Below are positions 47,701 to 56,474 of a stretch of DNA of 64,000 nucleotides, piece by piece. The first letter of the stretch is position 1. Every line of letters starts with the position of its first letter. The translations under genes were made by a program, and so were the position numbers. Source of the DNA: Acidobacteriota bacterium (GTDB lineage: Bacteria; Acidobacteriota; Thermoanaerobaculia; Multivoradales; UBA5704); assembly GCA_040005235.1 (NCBI GenBank), contig JBDTZG010000029.1, positions 1 through 64,000 on the forward strand. Direction: 5' to 3'. The notes beneath the pieces were generated by a model. The model had not been told where the DNA came from, searched no databases, and saw only the letters and a program-made list of their open reading frames with translations.

Positions 47701-48796
47701 AGGCGAGCTCGCCGGGCGCGGTGATCGCGACCTCGGAACCTAAGCCGGAAAACCGCCAAGGCGCGGCTAAGACATTGCTCGCGGCGCAGGCGAGGACGCC
47801 GGGGATGAGGGCGGGAAACACCACCGTGGGAGCGTCGTTGCCGGCCGCCGAGATCACCAGGATTCCTGCGTCGAGCGCGCGGCGGATCTGTGCGTTCAGA
47901 AGCTGCATGCCGAACGGTCCGCCGAGCGACATGGAGATCACATGCGCTCTGCGCACGATCGCTTCGTCGATCGCCAAGGCCAAGTTCTGAAAACTCAAAT
48001 GGATGACCGAGGAGGAGACCCGGAGGGGGATCAGCCTCGCTCCCGGCGCGACGCCCCACGGATGGTTGAGGTCTTCGTGACCGGTGGCAATCACGCTGGC
48101 CGTGCCCGTGCCGTGCCCCGGAAACTTGCCGAGCGACCGATCCTTGAGCGGGTCGAGACCGTTGGTTGCCGCGTCGGGGAGATTGGGTTCGACAAAGTTT
48201 CGGCCATGGTGGCCCGCAGGATCCCCCGGTCGCGTCGCAAGGCGGGGAAGCAGGCGCGGATGGGCCGTGTACCCGGTATCCGGGTGGGCGACGAGAATGC
48301 CGGCGCCCGGCTCTTCGCCCGGATGCTCTTGGATCCAGGCCGCCCAGGCGCCTCCTTGTCCGCTGGCGTCGCAGACCCCCATTTGGACCAGCGACCAGTG
48401 GCGGTTCGCGTCGTTGCTCTGGTCTTGGATCTGCTTCAGACGATCGTCGGCGATCCGGCCCCAGAGCGAAAACTGGCTTTTGGCTTCCGTTTCCGTCGCC
48501 ACCGGCAGGCGGGCGAGCAGTAAGGGTTCGGCGGCCACGATGCCGGGAAGCTCCTGGAGCGCGCGAACGGTCTCCCACGCCTGGCCGAGCGAAGGGGCTT
48601 CGGTGGAGCGGCTCCGGCAGATCCACCAATCGACCGGAATCGGGTCGGAAGTCCATGAGTGTCCTGGCAGCTGATTCTCAAGCAGAGCGATCACATTCGT
48701 CGCATCGACCCCTGGCTTGACCTGAACGGCAAACCCTTCCACGACGGGTAGCCCCGTCGCATCCGCTTTCTTCATCGCTTCCGCGAAGGTCGGCAT
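44714..48796 (-). CDS. Fusion of an S8 subtilase and a gluzincin (M4/M36-like) metallopeptidase
   Basis: S8 triad HPDTG / GHGTGTASV / SGTSFA with AAGN; then NAYY, HETTH and AFHEAFAD zinc motifs. Confidence 0.88.
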   Translation of the reverse strand: MPTFAEAMKKADATGLPVVEGFAVQVKPGVDATNVIALLENQLPGHSWTSDPIPVDWWICRSRSTEAPSLGQAWETVRALQELPGIVAAEPLLLARLPVATETEAKSQFSLWGRIADDRLKQIQDQSNDANRHWSLVQMGVCDASGQGGAWAAWIQEHPGEEPGAGILVAHPDTGYTAHPRLLPRLATRPGDPAGHHGRNFVEPNLPDAATNGLDPLKDRSLGKFPGHGTGTASVIATGHEDLNHPWGVAPGARLIPLRVSSSVIHLSFQNLALAIDEAIVRRAHVISMSLGGPFGMQLLNAQIRRALDAGILVISAAGNDAPTVVFPALIPGVLACAASNVLAAPWRFSGLGSEVAITAPGELAWHDQARLDPSLPEDAQARGSGTSFATANVAGLAALWLSFHGRQKLIDVDCGGQPGLLPFLFRLCIKGSADASPKFIRDGHGGFGAGIARADQLLKMTLPKINEIKAERERVLDAPISSVVNFPAGSWRNILTLPTLAEGEARLPSLAEVTDRKRHLLAALDEVVGSQCDDHDIAEIGALSATDLALQNALDRACRSPQSQFSGPLRRYLLRDESPLSDTLREKLEQARKAVQREWIKSRPELQEGKDASKTSKNAKKRPAKIAYAVEAPPTRRLRAYAFDPSLANQSADVAINEITIPIVFERKLTPGPVGDYLEVVDVDPASDCAYAPVDLDHPFLLAQDGLPRSEGNPQFHQQMVYAVAMKTIGHFEEALGRPIFWSCLRPWKKHSGDAERVEKPAPSAKKGAAPPAAVDLSDRYVQHLRLYPHAMRDQNAYYSPQKRAILFGYFPAGDTDPGAEYPGGVIFTCLAHDIVAHETTHAILDGMHAYFIEATNPDVLAFHEAFADIVALFQRFTYPELLRNQIARVRGRLDAGSLMTQLALQFGAAIGRHQPLRDALGHVVRQARRKREDLWHDRPDEPPMDGGAAPVTLADAARDLSDVQTRELWQRFRADPNLLQEIQEPHERGSVLVAAVFDAYLTIYENRVSDLKRIATGGTGILPEGDLHPDLVGRMADEAALSARHVLRMCLRAMDYVPPLDITFGEFLRALITADFDLVPDDERRYRVAFVEAFRKWGIYPRNVRTLSEETLRWSPPEIDKLRFKGAAKLRRALLTWQPGSSREAIFKEIHSAQAALHAYLADDALDPKTKKSLLGGIDTRLSFQVTNLRPARRIGLRGEFLTEMVVEVLQNKDALPTDPTERLAEKARRKQVKAERQQRGEVEETGSLPFRGGVTLVISLDDYRVRYSICKRVDNVAREERQRSFRAAADGSGGAAEYSSDGLPPGWFSEEAQRKVWLLGRNSKVEDMRASSCDCRRQAMSAKAQASDEPFALLHRG

Positions 48797-48940
48797 GTCG
48801 GCGTCCTTTCAGTCCCCGGACTCCAGAGCCAGGAGCACCTAAATCATTAGGTGGACGCACATCGAGATTTCGTTACAGCCGCCAGGAGAGCCGCAAACAT
48901 TGTCGCCCGCCTCTCCGATCGGACATGATCCGCCTTCCTT

Positions 48941-50227
<1,287 letters not shown>

Positions 50228-50234
50228 AGGATTC

Positions 50235-50263
50235 GTAGGGGGCGAGGCATTGCCTCGCCCCCT
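50235..50263. repeat. Single GTAG REP-like palindrome between convergent genes
   Basis: gtagggggcgaggca-t-tgcctcgccccct. Confidence 0.65.
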
Positions 50264-50271
50264 GGCAGCGA

Positions 50272-50835
50272 TCAGTGCCCCGGTTGCGGCGTCGGGGCCG
50301 GTGCGGGATCGAGCGACGTCGCGGGGTGGGAGTGGCCGCGATGGCAGGTCGTGCAGTTGACGACCGCAGGCTCCTTTTCGTCCTTCCGTTCCGGGTAGGC
50401 CGTGATCGTCTTCGACACGTCGGCCGCGAGCGCGGCCATCCTCCGCGTGATTTCCTTGTTGGGTTTCGCGTCGGAGGACCAGTCGGCGGGGGTGTGACAC
50501 TTGACGCACGAGACGCCGAGCGACCGCGAATAGCCGAATTCCATGATCCGCAGGAGGTTCTCCGCCGGGACGCCGCGTAGCAGCTTGATGTCCTTGAAGA
50601 CTTTCTCGGCAGGCTCCTTCTCACGCCCGGCGATCTGGGCTCGCAACTGGGAGAGAGCCGCCTCCTGATCGAACGGAATCTTCTGCGGCTCGGAAACCGG
50701 CGGCGGGGCGAGCATGCCCTTCGGAGCGGAAGGAGGAGTCGGAGGTGCCGGTGGGGCCGGAGGAGTGGGAGGCTGGCCGGCCGCGGCGCCGCCGAGGACC
50801 AGAGAGAAAAGCGTGAGGGCGATGGCATTCTTCAT
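50272..50835 (-). CDS. Exported diheme c-type cytochrome (reaction-centre cytochrome c subunit-like family)
   Basis: Signal peptide, Pro-rich linker, CVKCH and CTTCH heme motifs. Confidence 0.85.
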   Translation of the reverse strand: MKNAIALTLFSLVLGGAAAGQPPTPPAPPAPPTPPSAPKGMLAPPPVSEPQKIPFDQEAALSQLRAQIAGREKEPAEKVFKDIKLLRGVPAENLLRIMEFGYSRSLGVSCVKCHTPADWSSDAKPNKEITRRMAALAADVSKTITAYPERKDEKEPAVVNCTTCHRGHSHPATSLDPAPAPTPQPGH

Positions 50836-50869
50836 GGTCTCTCCTTGGGTTACTGCGAGGGCTCAGTTC

Positions 50870-51274
50870 TTAAGCAGGGTACCAGTTCTCAAGCGAGAGG
50901 CCCGGTACCTGGGCGAAATGCTTGGTGTTGTTTGAGACCAGGGTGACGCCTAGAGCGAGAGCGTGGGCTGCGATCATGGTGTCGAGCTGGCCGATGGGAG
51001 TTCCTGCGTCCTCAAGGGCTGCGCTAAGTGAGCCAAACGTTTGCGCCGCCTTCGCGTCGAAAGGAACGACCTGAACGTCTTTTGTGAATGCATCGATCAA
51101 GGCGTGAAGCTTCTGGGATTTTCGCTTGCTCGCGCCAAAAGTTAGCTCGGCGAGGCTCACCGCGCTGATACAAACGTTGGATGGCTTTAGGTGCGCCAAG
51201 CGGACTCTGACGTTTCCTTCATCGCGCAGGGCGAAGCTCACAGTGTCCGTATCTAGTATGAAGAGAAGGCTCAC
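50870..51274 (-). CDS. vapC: VapC PIN-domain toxin
   Basis: ILDTD, LAEL, DTMIAAHA, SNNTKHF; GTG start overlaps the vapB stop (GTGA). Confidence 0.93.
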   Translation of the reverse strand: MSLLFILDTDTVSFALRDEGNVRVRLAHLKPSNVCISAVSLAELTFGASKRKSQKLHALIDAFTKDVQVVPFDAKAAQTFGSLSAALEDAGTPIGQLDTMIAAHALALGVTLVSNNTKHFAQVPGLSLENWYPA

Positions 51275-51510
51275 TCGAACGGATCCGCGAGCTTCGAAAT
51301 CGGTTCCTGCTTTGGCCTCTCGATCTCGTCCGGCCAGGAACCCAAGGCTGCGAGAAATTCCTCCGACCAGGTATCGAGAGGCTCCAAGATGATCTTTTGA
51401 CCCTGACGACGGACGAGAACCTCGGTCAGGCTGTCGGGGAAACGGCAATCTTTCGGCAGGCGAACCGCTTGGCTGCCGCCGTTTTGAAAGAGCTTCGCGT
51501 GGAGTGCCAT
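51271..51510 (-). CDS. vapB: VapB antitoxin (AbrB/SpoVT fold)
   Basis: AKLFQNGGSQAVRLPKDCRF. Confidence 0.93.
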   Translation of the reverse strand: MALHAKLFQNGGSQAVRLPKDCRFPDSLTEVLVRRQGQKIILEPLDTWSEEFLAALGSWPDEIERPKQEPISKLADPFE

Positions 51511-51516
51511 GACCGG

Positions 51517-51537
51517 AGTATAGACGCCAGTATAGAC
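51517..51537. promoter_or_regulatory. Probable vapBC operator (two agtatagac copies)
   Basis: agtatagac-gcc-agtatagac just upstream of the vapB start; each copy is near-palindromic. Confidence 0.5.
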
Positions 51538-51673
51538 CGGCACAAGGGCGGCGCATTGTAGATCCTTGAAGAGGAAAACCGCCTTCGGCGACTAGAGCTA
51601 GGGGACGCCTTCTTTCTCGAGGCGGGCTCGGGTAGCCATCGCGCCGCCCACCCGTTCTAAGATACCCGCCATC

Positions 51674-53173
51674 ATGCCCATGAGCCCTGGTGGTTCCTCT
51701 CCCGTGCCGCGCCTCGGGCCGCGGCTCGGGACAATGCGGCGGGTCCGCGGCGATCTGTATGAGCTGGCGGCGCCGCCTTCCGATCCCCGGCTTTCGAACG
51801 CCGACCTGGCCCCCACTACGGTCGCGCAGCGGACCTGGTCGACGTACCACATCGCCTCGCTCTGGATCGGCCTCGCGGTCTGCGTGCCGACTTACATGCT
51901 GGCGGCCGGGATGGTCGACGGCGGGATGAGCTGGTGGCAGGCGATGGCGACGATCCTGCTCGGAAATCTGATCGTCCTGCTACCGATGGTGATGATCGCC
52001 CACGCCGGAACCCGGTACGGAATTCCGTTTCCGGTGCTCGCGCGCGCCTCGTTCGGCACGTCCGGCGCGCACGTGCCCGCCTTGCTGCGGGGTCTGGTCG
52101 CCTGCGGCTGGTTCGGCATTCAGACCTGGATCGGCGGTCAGGCGATCCACGCGATGCTGACCGCCGCCTGGGCCGGCTGGGCGCGGATTCCGGGGGCGGT
52201 TTGGATCGCCTTCGGCGCGTTCTGGGTCTGGAACATGTACATCGTCATCCGGGGGAGCGACTCGATCAAAGCGCTGGAGGCGTGGGCCGCGCCGTTCCTG
52301 ATCGTCGCCGGTCTCGCGCTGCTCGCCTGGGCGGTTACTCGGGCGGGCGGGTTCGGGCCGATCCTCGCGCAGCCGAGCCGGTTTGCCACGACCGGAGCGT
52401 TCTTCCGCTTCTTCGTCCCCTCGCTCACCGCGATGGTCGGCTTCTGGGCGACGCTCGCCCTCAACATTCCAGACCTCTCCCGTTACGCCCGCGACCAGCG
52501 CGCGCAGATTCGCGGCCAGATGTTGGGCCTGCCGACCACGATGGTGCTCTTTTCCTTCATCGGCGTGGCCGTCACCTCCGCCTCGGCGATCATTTTCGGC
52601 CAGGCGATTTGGGATCCGGTGGCGCTGCTGTCGCGGGTGGGGAGCCCGGTGGTGATCTGCATTTCGCTGTTCGCGCTCCTGATCGCCACGCTCACCACCA
52701 ACGTGGCGGCGAACGTCGTGGCGCCCGCGAATGGTTTTGCGAACCTTTGGCCCTCGCGCATCAGCTTCGCGATCGGCGGCCTGATTACCGGGGCGCTCGG
52801 GATTTTGATTCAGCCCTGGCGCCTACTCGCCGATTTCGGCACCTACATCTTCGGCTGGCTGGTCGGCTACTCCGGCTTCCTCGGGCCAATCGCCGGCATC
52901 GTGATCGCCGACTATTGGCGGGTCCGCAAGGGCAATCTTTCCCTTCCCGACCTCTACGCCCCCGACGGGATCTACGGCCGGTGGAACGGCAAGGCGTTCG
53001 TGGCTCTTGCGGCCGGGGTACTGGCGGCGTTGATCGGCCTGGTCGTTCCGGCGTTGAGGGCGCTCTACGACTACGCCTGGTTCGTTGGGTTCGGCGTTGC
53101 GTTCGTTCTGTATTTGGTCTTGATGCGCGGCACCCCGGGGATCGATCTTTCGCCGGTTCCCGACGAAGTCTGA
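51674..53173 (+). CDS. NCS1-family nucleobase/allantoin permease
   Basis: YGIPFPVLARASFG, WFGIQTW, LNIPDLSRY; about 12 TM helices; start uncertain. Confidence 0.92.
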   Translation: MPMSPGGSSPVPRLGPRLGTMRRVRGDLYELAAPPSDPRLSNADLAPTTVAQRTWSTYHIASLWIGLAVCVPTYMLAAGMVDGGMSWWQAMATILLGNLIVLLPMVMIAHAGTRYGIPFPVLARASFGTSGAHVPALLRGLVACGWFGIQTWIGGQAIHAMLTAAWAGWARIPGAVWIAFGAFWVWNMYIVIRGSDSIKALEAWAAPFLIVAGLALLAWAVTRAGGFGPILAQPSRFATTGAFFRFFVPSLTAMVGFWATLALNIPDLSRYARDQRAQIRGQMLGLPTTMVLFSFIGVAVTSASAIIFGQAIWDPVALLSRVGSPVVICISLFALLIATLTTNVAANVVAPANGFANLWPSRISFAIGGLITGALGILIQPWRLLADFGTYIFGWLVGYSGFLGPIAGIVIADYWRVRKGNLSLPDLYAPDGIYGRWNGKAFVALAAGVLAALIGLVVPALRALYDYAWFVGFGVAFVLYLVLMRGTPGIDLSPVPDEV

Positions 53174-53241
53174 GGGGCGGGTAACACGGCGGGGGGAGGA
53201 GACGCGGTAGGCTTGGAGGATAGGGACAGGGAGGGAAAGAC

Positions 53242-55584
53242 ATGGAAGCGCAAGTCATAGGCAAACGAGTTACCCGAAACGAAGACGCCCGGCTCTTGAC
53301 CGGCCGTGCCCTGTTCGTCGACGACCTCGACCTGCCCGGAATGGCGCACGTGGCTTTCGTTCGCAGCCCCCACGCCCACGCCCGGCTGGTAGCGATCGAC
53401 GTCTCCCGCGCGCTTTCCCGGGAAGGGGTTTTCGCCATCTATACCGCGGAGGATCTCGGGCGTTATTGGCAGCACGGACCGCTGCTCGTGCCGCCCCCGC
53501 CGGTGCCCGGCATGACGTTTCACGAGCGCACCCAGGTGCCGCTCGCCAAAGGCAAAGTCCGCCAGGTGGGAGAGCCGATCGCCGTCGTGGTCGCCGCCTC
53601 CCGTTACCTGGCCGAAGACGCACTCGAAGACATCGAGGTCGAGTACGAGCCGCTGCCCGCCGTGGTCGATCTGGAGCGAGCGCTCGCCTCGGACTCGGCG
53701 CTGGTCCACGAGGACGTGGGAAGCAACGTCGCGGCCTACGTGCCGCAAAAAAAAGGCGATTACGCCGCTGCGCGGGCGAAGGCCGACCTCGTCCTCTCCC
53801 GCCGCTACTCCTATGACCGAGGGGCTTCCGCGGCGATCGAAAACCGCGGCGTGGTGGCCCAGTGGGACGCGCGCGCCGAGCGGTTGACCGTCTGGGACAC
53901 CACCCAGGCGCCGATCCCGATCCGCAACGGCCTGGCCGCCATGCTCGGCCTGTCGGAGCACCAGGTACGCGTGGTCGCCCCGTTCATCGGCGGCGGCTTC
54001 GGGCCGAAGATCATGATGTTCTATCCGGAAGAGGTGCTGATCCCCTGGATCTCGATGCGGCTCTCCCGGCCGATCAAGTGGATCGAAGACCGGGCGGAAA
54101 ACTTCGTCGCCACCACCCAAGAGCGCGGCCAGATCCACGACGCCGAGATCGCGATGACGAAAGACGGCCGCATTCTCGGGGTCAAAGACTCATTCCTTCA
54201 CGACACCGGCGCCTACGACCCGTACGGCCTCACCGTGCCGCTCAACAGCCAGTGCACCCTGATGGGGCCGTACGACATCCCGGCCTACGACAGCGAATTC
54301 CGCGCGATCTTCACCAACAAGCCGATCGTCACCCCCTACCGCGGCGCGGGGCGCCAGCACGGCGTGTTCGTGATCGAGAGGCTGCTCGACCTCGCGGCGC
54401 GCGAGCTGGGAATGGATCGAATCGAGATCCGCAGGAAGAACTTCCTCACCCCCGACCAGTTCCCGCACGACCACGTGATCATCTATCAGGATTTCGCGCC
54501 GCTCTATTACGACAGCGGCAACTACGCCCCGGTGCTCGACAAGGCGCTCGCGATGATCGGTTACGAAACCTTTCTGGCCGAAGAGCAGCCGCGCCTGCGC
54601 GCCGAAGGAAAGACCGCGGGCATCGGCGTCGTGGCCTATGTCGAAGGGACGGGGATCGGCCCGTTCGAAGGATCGAGGGTTCAGGTCCAGACGAACGGCA
54701 AAGTGACGGTGGTGACGGGGGTGGGCACCCAAGGCCAGGGCCACTTCACCGTCCTCGCCCAAGTGGCGGCCGAGCAGCTCGGCGTGCCGGTTTCCCACGT
54801 CGAGGTGGTGACGGGCGACACCGATCAATTCCATTGGGGCACCGGAACCTTCGCCAGCCGAGGCGCCGTGGTGGCGGGCAACGCGGTGAACGAAGCGGCC
54901 AAGCGCGTGCGAGAAAAAGCGATCCGCCTTGCCGCCGAAAAGCTCGGGGTCACCGAATCCGAAATCGAGCTGGCGGAAGGCGCGGCGCGGGTGATCGCCA
55001 ATCCGGAGCGCTCGATTCCCCTCGCCGAGCTCGCCTCGCTCGCCAACCCGATGCGCGGCGCGGTCAAACCCGGAGCGGAGCCAGGCCTAGAAGCGACCGC
55101 CTACTTCGGCCCCTACCGCGGCGCCACGGCAAGCGGCGTTCACGCCCTGATTCTCGAAGTCGATCCCGAGACGATGCAGGTCGAAATCAAGAAATACGTC
55201 GTAGTCCACGACTGCGGCCGAGTGATCAACCCCCTCCTGGTCGACGGCCAGGTCCACGGCGGCGTCGCCCAAGGCATCGGCAACGCCTGGTACGAGCAGC
55301 TCGTTTTCGACGAGAACGGCCAGATGATGAACGCCTCGTTCATGGACTTCCTCCTCCCCACCGCCCTCGACGTCCCGCGCGTCGACGTCGGCCACGAAGA
55401 GACCATCTCGCCGCTCAACCCCCTAGGCACCAAGGGCGCGGGAGAGGCCGGGGCTATTCCGGTAGGAGCCCTCTTCGCCCAAGCGCTCGAAGACGCCTTC
55501 CAAATCCCCAACCTGGAAATCAACGAAATCCCCTTGAAGCCTAGCCGCCTCTGGGAGCTGGTAGAAGCCGCGCGAGCAGCCTGA
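53242..55584 (+). CDS. Xanthine dehydrogenase/CoxL-like molybdopterin-binding large subunit
   Basis: RSPHAHA, GGGFGPK, PYRGAGR, QGQGH, GQVHGG, KGAGEAG. Confidence 0.93.
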   Translation: MEAQVIGKRVTRNEDARLLTGRALFVDDLDLPGMAHVAFVRSPHAHARLVAIDVSRALSREGVFAIYTAEDLGRYWQHGPLLVPPPPVPGMTFHERTQVPLAKGKVRQVGEPIAVVVAASRYLAEDALEDIEVEYEPLPAVVDLERALASDSALVHEDVGSNVAAYVPQKKGDYAAARAKADLVLSRRYSYDRGASAAIENRGVVAQWDARAERLTVWDTTQAPIPIRNGLAAMLGLSEHQVRVVAPFIGGGFGPKIMMFYPEEVLIPWISMRLSRPIKWIEDRAENFVATTQERGQIHDAEIAMTKDGRILGVKDSFLHDTGAYDPYGLTVPLNSQCTLMGPYDIPAYDSEFRAIFTNKPIVTPYRGAGRQHGVFVIERLLDLAARELGMDRIEIRRKNFLTPDQFPHDHVIIYQDFAPLYYDSGNYAPVLDKALAMIGYETFLAEEQPRLRAEGKTAGIGVVAYVEGTGIGPFEGSRVQVQTNGKVTVVTGVGTQGQGHFTVLAQVAAEQLGVPVSHVEVVTGDTDQFHWGTGTFASRGAVVAGNAVNEAAKRVREKAIRLAAEKLGVTESEIELAEGAARVIANPERSIPLAELASLANPMRGAVKPGAEPGLEATAYFGPYRGATASGVHALILEVDPETMQVEIKKYVVVHDCGRVINPLLVDGQVHGGVAQGIGNAWYEQLVFDENGQMMNASFMDFLLPTALDVPRVDVGHEETISPLNPLGTKGAGEAGAIPVGALFAQALEDAFQIPNLEINEIPLKPSRLWELVEAARAA

Positions 55585-55631
55585 GCAAACGGTCAAGTTG
55601 CGCACACGTTGCCCCATGCTCCCCCTGGGAC

Positions 55632-55654
55632 CGCCGCCGTCTCGGCGGCGTTTT
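55632..55654 (+). terminator. Rho-independent terminator
   Basis: cgccgccg-tct-cggcggcg then tttt. Confidence 0.65.
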
Positions 55655-55692
55655 CATTCGAGGAAAGTCGGCTGCGCTACAATCGACGCGCG

Positions 55693-55932
55693 ATGACCAG
55701 CCCCGGCGAAGCGTTCGAGGCCCATGAAGACGAGGTTCGTACCCTCGTCGACAGCTACCGCACGCAATGCCTGTGGTTCCTGCGGGAAGACTTCTATCCG
55801 GAAAACGCCGAGGAAGCCGTCCGCGTCCTTCAACAGATCGAGCAAAACGCCGATCTCGAAGGATTCCGCCGCGCCGCCCGGCTCCGCGCATGGCTCTCAC
55901 CGACTTCCAGCGCACCGTCTGTCGCCTCCTAG
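55693..55932 (+). CDS. Small hypothetical protein, probable antitoxin-like partner of a nucleotidyltransferase gene
   Basis: YRTQCLWFLREDFYP; its 3' end overlaps an ATG starting MALTDFQRTVCRLLA. Confidence 0.5.
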   Translation: MTSPGEAFEAHEDEVRTLVDSYRTQCLWFLREDFYPENAEEAVRVLQQIEQNADLEGFRRAARLRAWLSPTSSAPSVAS

Positions 55933-56003
55933 CCCATTCCCCCGTAGCGCGCAGTTCCTGGGCGCGCCAGGCTCCAGCCTGGCCGTTTTTCGCAGCACGG
56001 TAG
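55890..56003 (+). pseudogene. Truncated N-terminus of a probable AbiEii-like nucleotidyltransferase toxin
   Basis: MALTDFQRTVCRLLA then diverges and stops after 37 codons; family recognised from memory only. Confidence 0.35.
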
Positions 56004-56042
56004 AGGTTGACACCCCGCGGCCCGCGGCCTAAATTCCTCCCC

Positions 56043-56267
56043 ATGGTCAACCTCCTCGATCGAATCACCACGAATCCCGAACAGTGCGGCGGGAGGCCCT
56101 GCATTCGCGGTCTGCGGATTCGGGTCTCGGACGTTCTTGAGCTCCTGGCGGCAGGGGAGAGCGCGGAAGAGATATTGGTCGAGTACCCGTACCTCGAAGC
56201 GGCGGATCTCGGCGCTTGTTTGCAGTTCGCCGCCCGGCGGATCGACCATCCGATCTTGGCGGCCTGA
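56043..56267 (+). CDS. DUF433 antitoxin-like protein
   Basis: RITTNPEQCGGRPCIRGLRIRVSDVLELLAAG..EEILVEYPYLE..D. Confidence 0.9.
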   Translation: MVNLLDRITTNPEQCGGRPCIRGLRIRVSDVLELLAAGESAEEILVEYPYLEAADLGACLQFAARRIDHPILAA

Positions 56268-56270
56268 GAG

Positions 56271-56405
56271 GTGGCTCCGATCCGCTGCTGGATCGACGCT
56301 CAACTCCCTCCGAGCTTCGCGCTCCTCGCGTCCTTTGGATTACCTGCGGGAACTGCAAGAAAAGTGAGCTCTGAAGCCACGTTCGAAGCGCATGGGCTCG
56401 CGTGA
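56271..56405 (+). pseudogene. Remnant of a DUF5615 (PIN-like) toxin
   Basis: GTG 4 nt after the DUF433 stop encodes IRCWIDAQLPP (DUF5615-type start); stop after 44 codons. Confidence 0.5.
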
Positions 56406-56474
56406 TGGCTCTGCTCTCCGCCGGAGAGACCCTGGTCGAGATCTCGGGTCCAAGGCCCCCTCGCCGATGAGGCC

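Noticed and set aside
50870-51850. 326-aa extended VapC ORF
   Set aside because: It overlaps vapB and the permease; the PIN domain starts at the GTG coupled to the vapB stop
53145-53154. Exact 10-nt matches to the mini-array seed (atctttcgcc) here, at 25927 and on the minus strand near 4008
   Set aside because: No TTN PAM and all lie inside coding sequence; they show that short matches arise by chance
53242-55584. Aerobic CO dehydrogenase (coxL form I)
   Set aside because: Lacks the AYxCSFR motif and the coxMS neighbours
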